A DNA stretch of 64,000 nt from an uncultured Verrucomicrobiae bacterium (GTDB lineage Bacteria > Verrucomicrobiota > Verrucomicrobiia > Limisphaerales > UBA8199): the NCBI GenBank assembly GCA_963762555.1, contig CAVXLO010000033.1:2158-66157 (forward strand), given 5' to 3'. The notes beneath the pieces were generated by a model. That model searched no databases and was not told the DNA's origin. It worked only from the letters and a program-made list of their open reading frames with translations. Below, piece by piece: positions 8,752-19,265 of the stretch. A program made the position numbers and the translations under genes. Every line of letters starts with the position of its first letter. Position 1 is the first letter of the stretch.

Positions 8752-8941
8752 AACGTTGAGTTTTTGTTCGATGAGTTTTTTTTCGCGTAGAGTTTGGGTT
8801 CAGGTGCCGAGAGGCGAAAGGTCAGGCGGACGTCACCGTTATCCTCGCCGCTCAGGGCAACACAGCAGCGGATGTATTCGGACTGCATCCGGCCGGAGAA
8901 GAAGGTGGAACACGCGATATGATACAACTCGGCTGACTCGG
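8748..8941 (-). pseudogene. 3' fragment of an unknown gene truncated by the IS21 end
   Basis: The reverse-strand reading ...ESAELYHIACSTFFSGRMQSEYIRCCVALSGEDNGDVRLTFRLSAPEP... ends in a TGA that overlaps the next ATG (ATGA). The 5' end abuts the IS21 terminus at 8942. Confidence 0.3.
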
Positions 8942-9065
8942 TGAGGGCGGCGGCGAGGTCATGCCGCCAGCGCGGCGGGTTGAAAATGTTGGGCCGGTTT
9001 CGTGAGGTGACACAAAAATGGCGACAGGGTTTAGGGCCTGTCGCCAGCGAGGAAGACTGCCGAGT

Positions 9066-9815
9066 TTACGGGGCTTCGATCTGATCTTTCATCCGATAAC
9101 TTTTGCCCTCGATAATGACGGTGTCGGCGTGATGCAAGAGCCGGTCCAGAACGGCACTGGTTAGCGTGCTGTCGTTGTTGAAGATCCTGGCCCAGTGCTT
9201 GTAAGGCTGGTTAGTGGTGAGCACGATGGAACCCCGTTCATAGCGCTGACTGATGACCTGGAAGAGCAAATCAGCGCCGGTTTTGTCGATGGGAAGGTAG
9301 CCGACCTCATCAATGCATAAAATCCGCGGGGCCAGCAGTCGCTTGAGTTCGGCTTTGAGCCGATAGGCGGCTTGGGCAGCGGTGAGGGTGTTGATGATGT
9401 CCACGGCCGTGGTGAAGAGCACGGAATGGCTCGCCAGGCAGGCGGCATAGCCCAACGCGCTAGCCAGGTGCGATTTGCCGAGTCCCACTCCGCCCATGAA
9501 AACCACGTTGGCTTTCTCCGGGAGAAAGGCCAGGCGGAAGAGGTTCTGCACCTGGGTGCGGTTGATTTTCTTGGGCCAGTTCCAGTCAAACTGGTCGAGG
9601 GTCTTGATGCAGGGGAAGCGGGCGGCGGCAATACGGCGCTGGATGGCCAACTCCTGTCGACGCTGGGCTTCGCCCTCGATGAGACGAGCTAGATAATCCA
9701 CATGCGTCCACTGTTTCTGGGCCGCTTCGCTGGCCAGAGCCGCGTAATGCTCCTGCACCGTCAGCAGCCGTAAGGCATTGAGCTGTTCATTGAGTCGGGA
9801 TTCGGTGACGTTCAT
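9066..9815 (-). CDS. istB: IS21-family helper ATPase IstB (second copy)
   Basis: 249-aa translation identical to 4528-5277. Confidence 0.9.
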   Translation of the reverse strand: MNVTESRLNEQLNALRLLTVQEHYAALASEAAQKQWTHVDYLARLIEGEAQRRQELAIQRRIAAARFPCIKTLDQFDWNWPKKINRTQVQNLFRLAFLPEKANVVFMGGVGLGKSHLASALGYAACLASHSVLFTTAVDIINTLTAAQAAYRLKAELKRLLAPRILCIDEVGYLPIDKTGADLLFQVISQRYERGSIVLTTNQPYKHWARIFNNDSTLTSAVLDRLLHHADTVIIEGKSYRMKDQIEAP

Positions 9816-10709
9816 GGCTCACCGCCTTCCTGGGATTGGTAGAGAGACAAGTCCGGGGCCGGCAAGTCCAGGTCCAGCAGATCTTGCTGGCGGGTCAGAT
9901 GCAGCGCCCCGGGCTGAGCTGTGGGCCGCTCCCGCTGTTCCAGCAGGTTGGCGATGTATTCGCAACTGAAGGCTTGATAGGCCCAGGCGTCTTCCAAGGC
10001 GCGTTGCACTTTTTCCACGCCGTAGATCTCGCTCAAGGCGACGATCTTCTGCACATGGTGGCGGGGATTGCCCCGCTTTTCATCCAGGCGCTGATAATAC
10101 TCCGCCGCGTGCGGCGACAGGGCTAAAAACCGAGTCAGCAGGTGCTGGGCCCGGGCCTGCCGGCGTTGGGCCAGGAGCTCCTGCACATGCTCCGGCTTTT
10201 CGAAGTCCCGATGTCGCTCATAGCTCCGCGGGTGCTCGGCCACGAGCTGATCCTGATGATACAGGCAGAGGCGGTCGGGATAGGCCTTGAGGGTGAGGTT
10301 GGTGTTGGCATACCGGGGCGGCACCGAGTAGTGATTGGTGTCCAGGGTAACGCGGCACCGCCGACTGACGGAGACGGTGCTGACCGTAGCCAGATCATAA
10401 GGCAGCACGGTCAGAGGCCGCAGCTTGGGCTTTTCCAGTTCAAAGAGGTCCAGGGGTTTTTGGTGCGTCTCCCCATGCACCCGCACATTGGCCACTTGGT
10501 CCAACCACTGCCGGACCGCCGCATTTAGTGCGTCCAGGCCGGAGAGTTGCAACCCGGCCAGGAAGTTCTTCTTGAAGTAACCCACGCCGTTCTCCACCCG
10601 CCCTTTTTCATGAGGTTTGTATGGGCCACAAGCCTTCACCGCAAAACCATAGTGGCGGGCGAAGTCCAGGTAACGCGGATGCAGCAGGGCCGGGGCGCCC
10701 AGCGGATGG
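9812..10709 (-). pseudogene. istA: IstA transposase, 3' fragment
   Basis: Identical to the C-terminal ~299 codons of 3056-4531. The N-terminal HTH and first catalytic residues are missing. Confidence 0.9.
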
Positions 10710-11217
10710 CCGCCCGGAGAAAGCTGAGGGCCTCTTCGTGACGACCCGTGTAAAACAGGACCGCGCCGAGGCAGTTCAACGCCCAGGCGTTCTGAGGGCC
10801 AGCGGCTATGGCCTTCTGGGCGTAGACCTCAGCCGCCCCGTAATCCTCCTGCTTGACCGCGATGTTTGCCAAAGCAACCAGGCTCACGATGTCTTCAAAG
10901 TCGACGAGGAGGGCTTCCGAGAGGTAGTGCTTGGCCTTAATGAAATCGCCGAGTTCGCTGCAAGCCATGCCAATGTCCCGGCGTGCCAGAAGGTCGTCTG
11001 GAACGAGTTGCAGGACCTGTTCCCAGATTGCGATGGCCCGGTGGCAATCACCATTGCCCGCGTGCCTGGCGGCACGCTGAGCCAGGCGCTCCGCTACGGC
11101 CTTGGCGTGATCGGATGCTGCGGGATAATTGAGGATGATTTGGTCCTCCTCGACTTCGATGAAGACGGGTTGAGGCAGAAAGTGATATCGACGCGCGACC
11201 TGCAGGGAGATCACCAT
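10710..11217 (-). pseudogene. TPR-repeat protein, C-terminally truncated by the IS21 fragment
   Basis: TPR-like helices: ...AIAIWEQVLQLVPDDLLARRDIGMACSELGDFIKAKHYLSEALL...YGAAEVYAQKAIAAGPQNAWALNCLGAVLFYTGRHEEAL. The reading frame runs into IS21 sequence at 10709. Confidence 0.6.
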
Positions 11218-11259
11218 AGGGTCCGCGTTGTTCGGGTCCGGAGCAATTCCGGGCGCAAA

Positions 11260-11331
11260 TGAGCGTGCGGACGATAATTGAGGGAGTTGTCTGAGCGGTA
11301 AATGAGGGAGCGCGCCGTCCGGCCCGGACGG
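11260..11331. repeat. Half copy of the 63-nt palindrome module (63-nt arm, 1 nt, then 8 nt of the opposite arm)
   Basis: TGAGCGTGCGGACGATAATTGAGGGAGTTGTCTGAGCGGTAAATGAGGGAGCGCGCCGTCCGG is identical to 19266-19328. Confidence 0.9.
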
Positions 11332-11372
11332 AGATTGACTTTGCAGTCACCATTTCCTTTGCTGGGCGGCCT

Positions 11373-11876
11373 ATGAGACGAAAGGAACGCTACATTGCGC
11401 GTTTGGATGAAGTTACCATCACCCGCGACGGTGAGGACGCTGTCATCCAATATAAGGAGGCCGGGATACCAACGACCCACCTGAAGATCGGCCCTGAGAT
11501 CGCGGACATGAGCGATGAAGCGATTCTGGAACTCTTCAACGATACGTTGCGAGCCCAGGCGCAGTTGGCGGCCGAATACAAGCATGTAGCAGTGGAGGTG
11601 CCGCTGGGTTCGCCGCAAATTAAATACGCCGCTCGCAGCCAGCAATGGTGTCTCCGGGGCGGAGTGTTACGTTGCCTGGTCGAGGATGATGAAAACGGTC
11701 AGTTGGTGGTGGGGATCGACGATAAGGAGTTGAGCCTGGAGGAGTTTGGCCGGATGCTGACGACCTATGCGGGCTGGGGCATGCGGATTGAGTTCGTGCC
11801 CGACGATCAGTTGCACCGGCGGCCGACCCTGGAGGTGCGCGAACCCGATCCTGAAGGTGAGTCGGCGGCGGGCTGA
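11373..11876 (+). CDS. Hypothetical protein
   Basis: Clean 167-aa ORF with ordinary composition (MRRKERYIARLDEVTITRDGEDAVIQYKEAG...). No family recognised. Confidence 0.45.
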   Translation: MRRKERYIARLDEVTITRDGEDAVIQYKEAGIPTTHLKIGPEIADMSDEAILELFNDTLRAQAQLAAEYKHVAVEVPLGSPQIKYAARSQQWCLRGGVLRCLVEDDENGQLVVGIDDKELSLEEFGRMLTTYAGWGMRIEFVPDDQLHRRPTLEVREPDPEGESAAG

Positions 11877-12065
11877 CTGGGGTTTCAGGGGTAGTTCTGA
11901 CGCATCGAGGGAAAGGTTTTTAAGGCATGGGAGGGCTCTGAAAACATGGTCTGGCCCAGTTTGCCGGGGAGGTTATTGGCCTCCCCGGCGTTGGCAGACG
12001 ACGTTTCGTCGCCCTCATCCAGTTATCCCTCGGCAGGTTGCTCCTCAGCAGAGCCTGCTTCTGTT

Positions 12066-13069
12066 TCACTGGACAAAATCAGAGCGTTTCCCGTTTCCGT
12101 TTCCTTGAGGGTCTATAGGGTGGGAAACGGGCAACGGGAGTTTGAGTTGGTAGCCGCGGGCATCCCGGACGACTTCGCCCTGGGTGACCAGTTCGGCCAG
12201 GGCGGAGCAGACCTTGGCGGTGCGAATGCCACAGAGTTTTTGCAACTGCTGAACCGGGATCGGTTCGCCGAGTTGGGCCAGGGCCTGGCGCACCCGCTCG
12301 GTCGAAGTGGGAGCCGCCTCGGGCTCAACGGAGGAACGTTCGACTACCTTCAAAGCCACGACCGAGCCTGATTGGCTGAGTTGAAGCGGGATGTGATCCT
12401 GGGAAGGTGCGGCGCGATGTTCGGTGGACAAGGTCAGTTGGGAGCCTTTGCGGCGCATATACAGATTGGAGTCGCCCCAGCCGTGGAGTTCGCTGGAACC
12501 GCGCAGGGCCTGGCCGGGGCGGCTGGAGTGGGAGTCTTTGCGGGCGTGATGAACCAGCAGGACGGCCAGTTGGAACTGCCGTTGGAGTTCGACGCAGGTA
12601 TGAGAGCAGCGCGGCGATTTGGGTGGCGTCGTTTTCATCCACCCGATGCAACCGGATGAGCGGATCGAGGATCAACAGGACGGGCCGTTGCTCCTGGACG
12701 GTGTCGGGAAAGGCGCTGACGATCCGGCTCGGTATCCAATCGGAGCGAGGGCGCGGTAATGACTTGCACCGGCAGGGAGGCAAACGGGACCTGGGCGGCA
12801 GCGGCAATGCCTTCCAAGCGCTGGCGCACGACGGCCAGCGAGTCCTCGGCCGGGAAGAGCAACACTGGCCCGCTGCGGCGCACAGGGAACTGGCGCAAAC
12901 AGGCGGCGCCGGAAGCGACGCTCACGGCCACATCCAGGGCCAGGAAGCTTTTGCAGCATTTGGGCTCGCCGCCCAGGATGCCGACGGCTTGGTCGGTCCA
13001 GAGATCCTCGACCAGCCACTGGGTTTGCGGGCCACTGCACTCCAGTTGACTGGCGCGTTGGACAGGCAA
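12066..13069 (-). pseudogene. AAA_25/RepA-like RecA-fold ATPase with C-terminal wHTH, at least 2 frameshifts
   Basis: Pieces lie in three frames: GILGGEPKCCKSFLALDVA (Walker A-like), VLLILDPLIRLHRVDENDATQIAALLSYLR, and LLVHHARKD...GSSELHGWGDSNLYM. Confidence 0.6.
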
Positions 13070-13907
13070 GCGGGTTCACGGCTTTTTGGCGGGCTTGGGG
13101 TCCAGGCGAAGACTTCGAAGAAGAGCTTTTCGTCGATGACTTCCCGTTCCTGCTGGGAGGCGGCGACCAACAGGTCATTGGCCATATTCATGAGCAGGCG
13201 CAGGTTGCCGGCGGCATGTTCGCAGAGCGTCTGGATCAGCGAGGGACTGAGCAGCTTGGGGTTGCCGGCGGCTTTGAGCAGGTGGCTGAGGCATTCCTGG
13301 AGGGCTTTGGGCGGCAGGGCTTCCAGGCGCAGGCGGCTGCGCATGCGGCTGGCGATGGGCAACAGATCGGGTTCTTCCAGACGAGTGGCCAGACGCTGAT
13401 CGCCGGCCAGGATGATGGTCAGGATCGAGCGGGAGTCCAGATCGGCACTGGCCAAGAGGCGCAACTCGGATAAGACCAGGGAGTTCATTTCCTGGGCTTC
13501 GTCGATGATCAACACGGGCCGATAGATGGCGGCCTCGATGTGAGCGAGCCATTTTTCGCGCAAGAGCCTTGGCACTGGCCCAGCGGTTGTGGGGCGAGAG
13601 GGCCACGCCAAAGAGGTGGCCCAGTTCGCGATAGAAGTCGGCCATCTTGGCTTGGGGCCGGGTCAGGACGCCGACACACAGATCGCGCAGGCCGTTCAAG
13701 TGCTCCGAGCCAGGAGTACGCAGCGCGGCGCTTTTGCCCACGCCCGGGTCGCCGGTCGACCAGGGCGAAGCCGCCTTCGCCGATCTGCTGCTCGATGCGC
13801 CAGCAGAAGCTTTGGATTGGGGGCGGCGGCCACAGAGCCGTGGCCGGCGCCTGGGAGGAGAAGGGATTAAACTTCAGACTGTAGAGATTGAGGAGTCGTT
13901 TGTTCAT
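13040..13907 (-). pseudogene. TniB/ExeA-type AAA+ ATPase, at least 3 frameshifts
   Basis: MNKRLLNLYSLKFNPFS..., a Walker A GKSAAL in another frame, Walker B VLIIDEAQEM, then ...LRLLASADLDSRSILTIILAGDQRL...GNLRLLMNMANDLL. Confidence 0.65.
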
Positions 13908-15375
13908 GAGGGGTTGTGGGGATTTTGGGGTTGCGGGCAGATAGGCCGGAGGCAGTCCGGTCAGTGGCGTATTGTTGGATGATTTTTTGGAGCAGCGGCG
14001 CCATGCCCGAAGGCGGCGAGCGGCGGCGGCGAGTCGGCAGCGCCAGCTCTGGGGGCCCGCTGGCCCTTGGGCATTTTTGTGTTTTGTCCACGGGATAGAT
14101 GCGGCAGAGGATGGCGCCGGTTTTCGGATCGGCCAGATAGACCGTGCTCAAGTCCCAGGAGGCATAGCGCAGCCAGAGTTCTGCGCAGGTGGCCGAAGCG
14201 GGAGGGCACTTCAAAGCGAATGCCCTCCAGGCTGAGGGTGCCGTCGCTGCGGCGCTGAGTGCGGCGCACCTCGGTGGTGAAAGCCAGTTGGAGCTGCTCG
14301 GTGGCCGGACAGGGCCGGCCCACGTTTTTGTGGTTGAGAAAGCGCTCCAGGGGAGTCTGGCCAATCTCGGAGTGGACCTTGCGGTTGTATTCCAGTTCGA
14401 CCCAGGGTTGGCTCACGTCGTTGAGTTGGTCCAGGGTCAAATCGGCCACCCCTTCGAGCATCGGCAGGAGCCGGCCCTTCGATCTGGCCCCAAAACGACT
14501 CCTGCTTGCCATTTTGATACGGGCTGAATAGGCAAGGTGTTCTCAAAGAGCACCCCCAGCCGGGTGAGCCCCTGTTCGGTCTCGGCCGCGATCATGGCCG
14601 AGCCGTTGTCGTAGAGCAGGGACCTGGGCAAATCACGCTTCTGAAAAGCCTGGCTCAGCCCGTGGCAGAGTTCGCGAGCGCTCCTTCGGCCAGATACCAC
14701 TGCAAATGACAACAGAGCCGGGAATGGTCATCCAGGACGCCCAGCAAAATCGGATAGACCCATTGGCCATCGGCTTGGAGCACGCGCAACGAGCCGTGAT
14801 GAAAATCCAGGTGCCAGAGGCCGTTGACGTATTCGTTTTCGTAGCTGCGCACCTCCCGGGCTTCGTAGCGGTGCTCGGCGGCCTGGGCGCCCGGACTGTG
14901 AACCGGCCCCCGGCGAGCCCGTTTGAACAGCCCGTGGCTCTTCATGCAGCGCACCAGCGAGGCATAGCAGGGCATGGGGCCGGCTGGAGGTTGCTTCTCG
15001 ACCACCACCGCCAGGTTGTCAAAGTGCAGTTGGTAACTCCAACTGGGATGCTGCCGGTATTGCTCCCGCACCAGTTCGAGCAGTTGGGGCTCACCGAGGG
15101 ATGCTGGCCCTGATCGGAGCGGATCTTGCGCTGGAGGGCGGCGATGGGTCCGCTTGGGCCAGGCGGGCTTTGTAATACCACCGTTCGAGGGTCGAGAACC
15201 CGAAGACAGTCCATTCCCCGGAAATGGGGTGGCGCCACTTCTTGGCGGCCAGGTCTCGGAGTTGTTCTTGCAGTTGCCCCGCAGAAGGGGGCGCGGCTAA
15301 AAGCGGCCCAATGACGCTGAAGCGAAAATGCGCCCAGCGCTCGTGGGGCCGTGACAGAGGCGAAGTTTTTTTCAT
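13867..15375 (-). pseudogene. Mu/TniA-type DDE transposase (rve core plus Mu-transposase C-terminal barrel), at least 4 frameshifts
   Basis: Fragments are WHLDFHH, LLYDNGSAMIA, SPYQNGKQESFW, SDGTLSLEGIRFEVPSRF and LRYASWDLSTVYLADPKTGAILCRIYPVD, spread over all three reverse frames. Confidence 0.7.
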
Positions 15376-15479
15376 CGGATGCCGTTGATTTTATTTTTTC
15401 CACCACTTCGGTGGTGCGGCTCCTGTTTACACCGCGCCTGCGGCGGTGCTGTCGCCCGGCATCCTCTGCGCGAGTTGGA

Positions 15480-16086
15480 GCGAGCCTCACATAACCAGTT
15501 CTTTCCAGGCAGCTCGGAGTGGTGATCGGGGCCAGGAACTTGAGCAAATCCAGCAACCGGTCGCGCCGCTCGACCTCAAAGCTCTGGCAGAGCGACAAGG
15601 GCATGGTCTTTACGGCACAGCGGCGGCATGAACCGGGCACGGGCCTCTCGCCAAAAGGAACTTTCCAGGAAGGTGACCAACCACCACTGCCGCCATCGCT
15701 CCAGCGTGCGCCGGTCAATGCCCAAGGCTTCCCGCAGCGACTTCACCCGCTCGGGCGTTCAGGCCGTGGACCATGGCCGAGACCAGCACCACTACCAGGC
15801 CGGCATAAACGCGCCGGCCCATAAAGCGCACCGAGGGCGGCGTATGTGCGTTTCCGGCAGCCCTTCCTTGGCGCAGCACAGGCTGAAGCGAATGTCCCAT
15901 TGCGGTCCGCCCCGGGGTTTGCGCTCATAATCGCTGCGGTGCAGCGTGCCGCCGCACAGCAGGCAACCCTTTGGAGCGGGCCTCCTCGGTCAGATCGACA
16001 TCGACTTTTTCCAGCCAGTTGAAATAGCTCTGATCCGCCAGATGCTTCCGGCACCAGCTTTCTCCGACGAAATGATTAGACACCAT
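15480..16086 (-). pseudogene. Cys-rich (zinc-ribbon-like) hypothetical protein, frameshifted
   Basis: MVSNHFVGESWCRKHLADQSYFNWLEKVDVDLTEEARSKG, then CGGTLHRSDYERKPRGG...CCAKEGCRKR in another frame. The 3' limit is uncertain. Confidence 0.35.
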
Positions 16087-16788
16087 AGAATCGGAGAGAA
16101 AAAACCCTCGCGGGGCAAGTCTCCGCGAGGGTTCCAATTATCGAGCTCGGTCTGTTCAGAGAAAACCAAGGGAGCTCAGCCCACCTCCATCATCAACCAA
16201 GTAAAAAACGCCGGGTCTAAGCCGATCTGAGCCTCACTTTTCGAGTCAGTGCTCAAAACAGATTATCCAAGGGAACTGTGATTTGGCTCATTTGATTCAT
16301 AACAGCACCATGCTTGTTTGCTCTTCTGTTTGCCGCCGATCCGAGGTCGGGAACGGACTTAACTGCTTGTTAGCTGATCTTTGGTGTGGATCTGTTTGGC
16401 GTAGCCAAATGCGATCATGTCGTGGGCTGCCTGAAGAGGGTTTGGGTGGCGCGTTAGTCAAAAACCAGTCTCCGAACCCAAAGCAGAGTTCTCCAGACGC
16501 TACAGCAGGTGCGCGTAGATCCGATGACCCTCTACTGGCTGGTTCAACGCGCGTTTGTCACTTGCCTCCACATTCCGGACATCTACCGCTCCATGGAACC
16601 CGATTTGATTGCCGAGTTGAGGGCGCACCCCAGCCCAAAACGTGGAGGTGTTGAGATGATATTGATCTAAGATTGGTCCTCAGGACACCCTCTGGAAACC
16701 CACCCGCCCAGCAAGACCGACATCTTGTTGTGTCGCGGGGCGACATCTCGTTGTTGACATATTCGCCATTCGCGAATAGCGTACGAGC

Positions 16789-17271
16789 GTGGTCGCCAAA
16801 TCATTGGATGTCGTCGTTCTGCTCAAACTCCTGGTGGACGGAGGGGGAAAGCCTTACGCCCAGTTATCCCATGAGCTTGGCATGAGCGCTTCGGAAATTC
16901 ATGCCTCCATTCGCCGCTGTGCCATCGCGGGCTTGGTTAATCCTGATTCCAAGGAACCCCTGCGGAAACCTCTGGAGGAATACCTGCTCCATGGGGTCCG
17001 TTATGCGTTTCCCGGCAAACGTGGCCCCTTGGCGCGTGGGATTCCCACAGCTCACGCAGCGCCGCCTCTGGCGGCCCAAATCACTTCGGATGACCTGCCT
17101 CCGGTTTGGCCAGACCCCGAAGGAACGACCAAAGGTTACGAACTGGAACCCCTCTACCATTCGGTGCCCATGGCGGCCAAATCCGACCCGAAGCTGTACG
17201 AACTTCTCGCGTTGGTGGATACCCTGCGTGTTGGCCGGGCACGGAGCGCAAGATGGCTGAGGAGGAACTGA
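16789..17271 (+). CDS. Winged-helix DNA-binding protein (putative antitoxin/regulator of the downstream nucleotidyltransferase)
   Basis: GTG start. LDVVVLLKLLVDGGGKPYAQLSHELGMSASEIHASIRRCAIAGLV is MarR/AbiEi-like wHTH. The gene ends 16 nt upstream of the NTase gene. Confidence 0.55.
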   Translation: MVAKSLDVVVLLKLLVDGGGKPYAQLSHELGMSASEIHASIRRCAIAGLVNPDSKEPLRKPLEEYLLHGVRYAFPGKRGPLARGIPTAHAAPPLAAQITSDDLPPVWPDPEGTTKGYELEPLYHSVPMAAKSDPKLYELLALVDTLRVGRARSARWLRRN

Positions 17272-17286
17272 GGAAGCGCTTGGAAC

Positions 17287-17981
17287 ATGCCAACGCCACT
17301 TGAATCGATGCGGATAGTCGCCAGGCGACTTGAGCCGTTGAATATACCGTTTGCGTTTCTGGGCGGGGCCGCGGTCTGCCTGCTCGTGGATCACCCTGAG
17401 TTGACCGAATTCAGGTCGACCAAAGATGTTGACGTCATCGTGGAAGTGGCCACCTATGGGGAATACAGCACGCTTGAGCGTCGGCTTCGCGCGTCGGGGT
17501 TTCAGCATGATACCTCCGAAGGTGCTCCAATCTGCCGCTGGATTGTAGAGGGCTGCCGTGCGGACATCATGCCGATCGATTCGCGAGCGCTGGGAATGAA
17601 CTCGAGTATGGTTTTCAGAAGCCCTGCGGCTGGCAAAGACCGCGAACCTGGGAGGGGGTCGCACCACACAAGTCGTGGCACCGGCAATGTTCTTGGCGAC
17701 AAAACTCGATGCTTTCAAAGACAGGGGCCGGGGCGATTGCTATGCCAGCCATGATCTTGAGGACGTCATCACCTTGGTGGACGGCCGAGCTTCAGTGGTG
17801 GAAGAGGTTGCATCGGCGCCAGGTCAGGTCCGCACATTCGTGGCAATCCGCGTTTGCAGAATTGCTCCAGCATTCAGATTTCCTTGATGCCTTCCCGGGC
17901 CATCTGTCAGGGATGTCAGGGGCGAGGCAGCGCGCTCCGCTGGTTCTGGAACGGTTTCGAGCGATTGCGGCGCTCAAATGA
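17287..17981 (+). pseudogene. Pol-beta-fold nucleotidyltransferase (AbiEii/MNT-like), 2 frameshifts
   Basis: FAFLGGAAVCLLVDHPELTEFRSTKDVDVIV fits the G[GS]x9-13Dx[DE] NTase motif. It continues in the 17675 frame (FLATKLDAFKDRGRGDCYASHDLEDVITLVDGR) and then the 17709 frame (...FLDAFPGHLSGM...). Confidence 0.55.
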
Positions 17982-19265
17982 GTAGTCGCATCATCTGTGT
18001 CTTACCCAGTATTGCTCTCGTCCGACTTGAACGCCAAGACTTGGTGTGTGAGAATTCGCCTCTTGGTGGGCGCGGCAACTTGCTCGTCCGTTCTCTGTTG
18101 AGAAAATAAGCTACACCGCCAAGGCCATCGGTAAGTGCGACCTCGGTGACGAATTGGAATTCCTGCCAACCCGACGCTTCTTCGACCGCTACCCTGGTCT
18201 GCGTGCTCCAATGACGTGGGAGATCGAGTGAACCCGCCAAAAATGCGGCGAAGCCACATCACGACTCCGCTGCACCTGCTGCGCGGTAAAAGCGTTCTCA
18301 AAGCGCCCGCCGACCAGGACACGCTCACCGTGAATGCGGGGCCGCTGACGATGGTTCCTGACAGTCCTCGTGGATTGAGCGTACTGTTTCTCTGCCACGA
18401 TGCTCGCGGTCCGGAAGTCCAGTCAATCGGTTTATCTGCGAGGTCCTTGACTTGCAGCGGCCAGGTCGCCTCAGCGTCTCACTAGAGACCCTCGTCCAGG
18501 CGCAGTCTCGGTTCTCCCAGGCCGAGTTGCTGCTCTACCTGATCGCCAAGACCTACCTGCGGCTGGCGTCGAGAACTTCCAGAGGGCCATGCTCAACTGG
18601 AAGCACATCATCGAACCCGACAAGGACAGGCAACTGATCGCCGAGGACGCCAAACTCGGCTCCTTCCTGACCGAGCAGTCGTGACCACCCGCCCGTGGTG
18701 GTCGGGCAATCGAAAATAGCGGACGATCTAGGGACAACTCCTGGCCGTTGACCCGCTGGCAGTCCTCCTGTAGGCAGCTCAAAGGCTACCATCCCCGGTG
18801 CTCGATCGGATACCAGAACATCGAGAAGGTCGAGAGCAGGGCCATTCTGAGGCCAGTTCCTGCCGCACATGCTGGAACTCGTGGGCAATCCACCTGGGGT
18901 CGAGCAGGATCTCCGCCGCCCGAATGCACACGTGCGGGATGTCAACACCGTTGCATCGGGCCTGCCCGTCACGAACGAGCTCAACACCCTGGTCCCAGCC
19001 GGATGGACCCCGAAGTCCGGGGTATCTCTCCCGGCGACGAGCACATCGGCCCCTTGCATATAAGGTGTATTCGAGCCAAAACCGACCAGCAAACGCGGTC
19101 GTATTTGCAGGCTTTTTAGCGGTTTTCCTAGGGAAAGTCAAATTTTGAAATTCGGTGCTTCCTGCGTGCTTCCCGCTGCTGAGGCGAAGTGCTGGCACAA
19201 ATTTGGCACAAATTGAAAAAGCATAGGGTCGTGTTTTTTGAAAAGCAGATGGTTGCGCTTGGGTG

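Larger units (their letters stand above)
8942..10709 (-). mobile_element. IS21-family element, truncated inverted copy (equivalent to 3634-5401 of the full copy)
   Basis: The ORF translations (IstB 249 aa, IstA C-terminal 275 aa) and the intergenic sequence are identical to the full copy. Identity ends at 10709, inside istA. Confidence 0.9.

Noticed and set aside
16141-16700. Lower-GC ~550-bp gap examined for an ncRNA or small gene.
   Set aside because: There is no convincing secondary-structure signature or start-codon-bearing ORF of 60 aa or more. One 48-aa ATG ORF (MTLYWLVQRAFVTCLHIPDIYRSMEPDLIAELRAHPSPKRGGVEMILI) is too short and unsupported to report.
17974-19260. Several overlapping 60-180-aa ORFs on both strands (for example 18553-19092 -, 18779-19198 -, 18748-19119 +).
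   Set aside because: Some stretches look protein-like (…RAAEILLDPRWIAHEFQHVRQEL…; …VENFQRAMLNWKHIIEPDKDRQLIAEDAKLGSFLTEQS). I could not assign a family or a consistent frame. They are probably gene shards, so I left them unannotated rather than guess.
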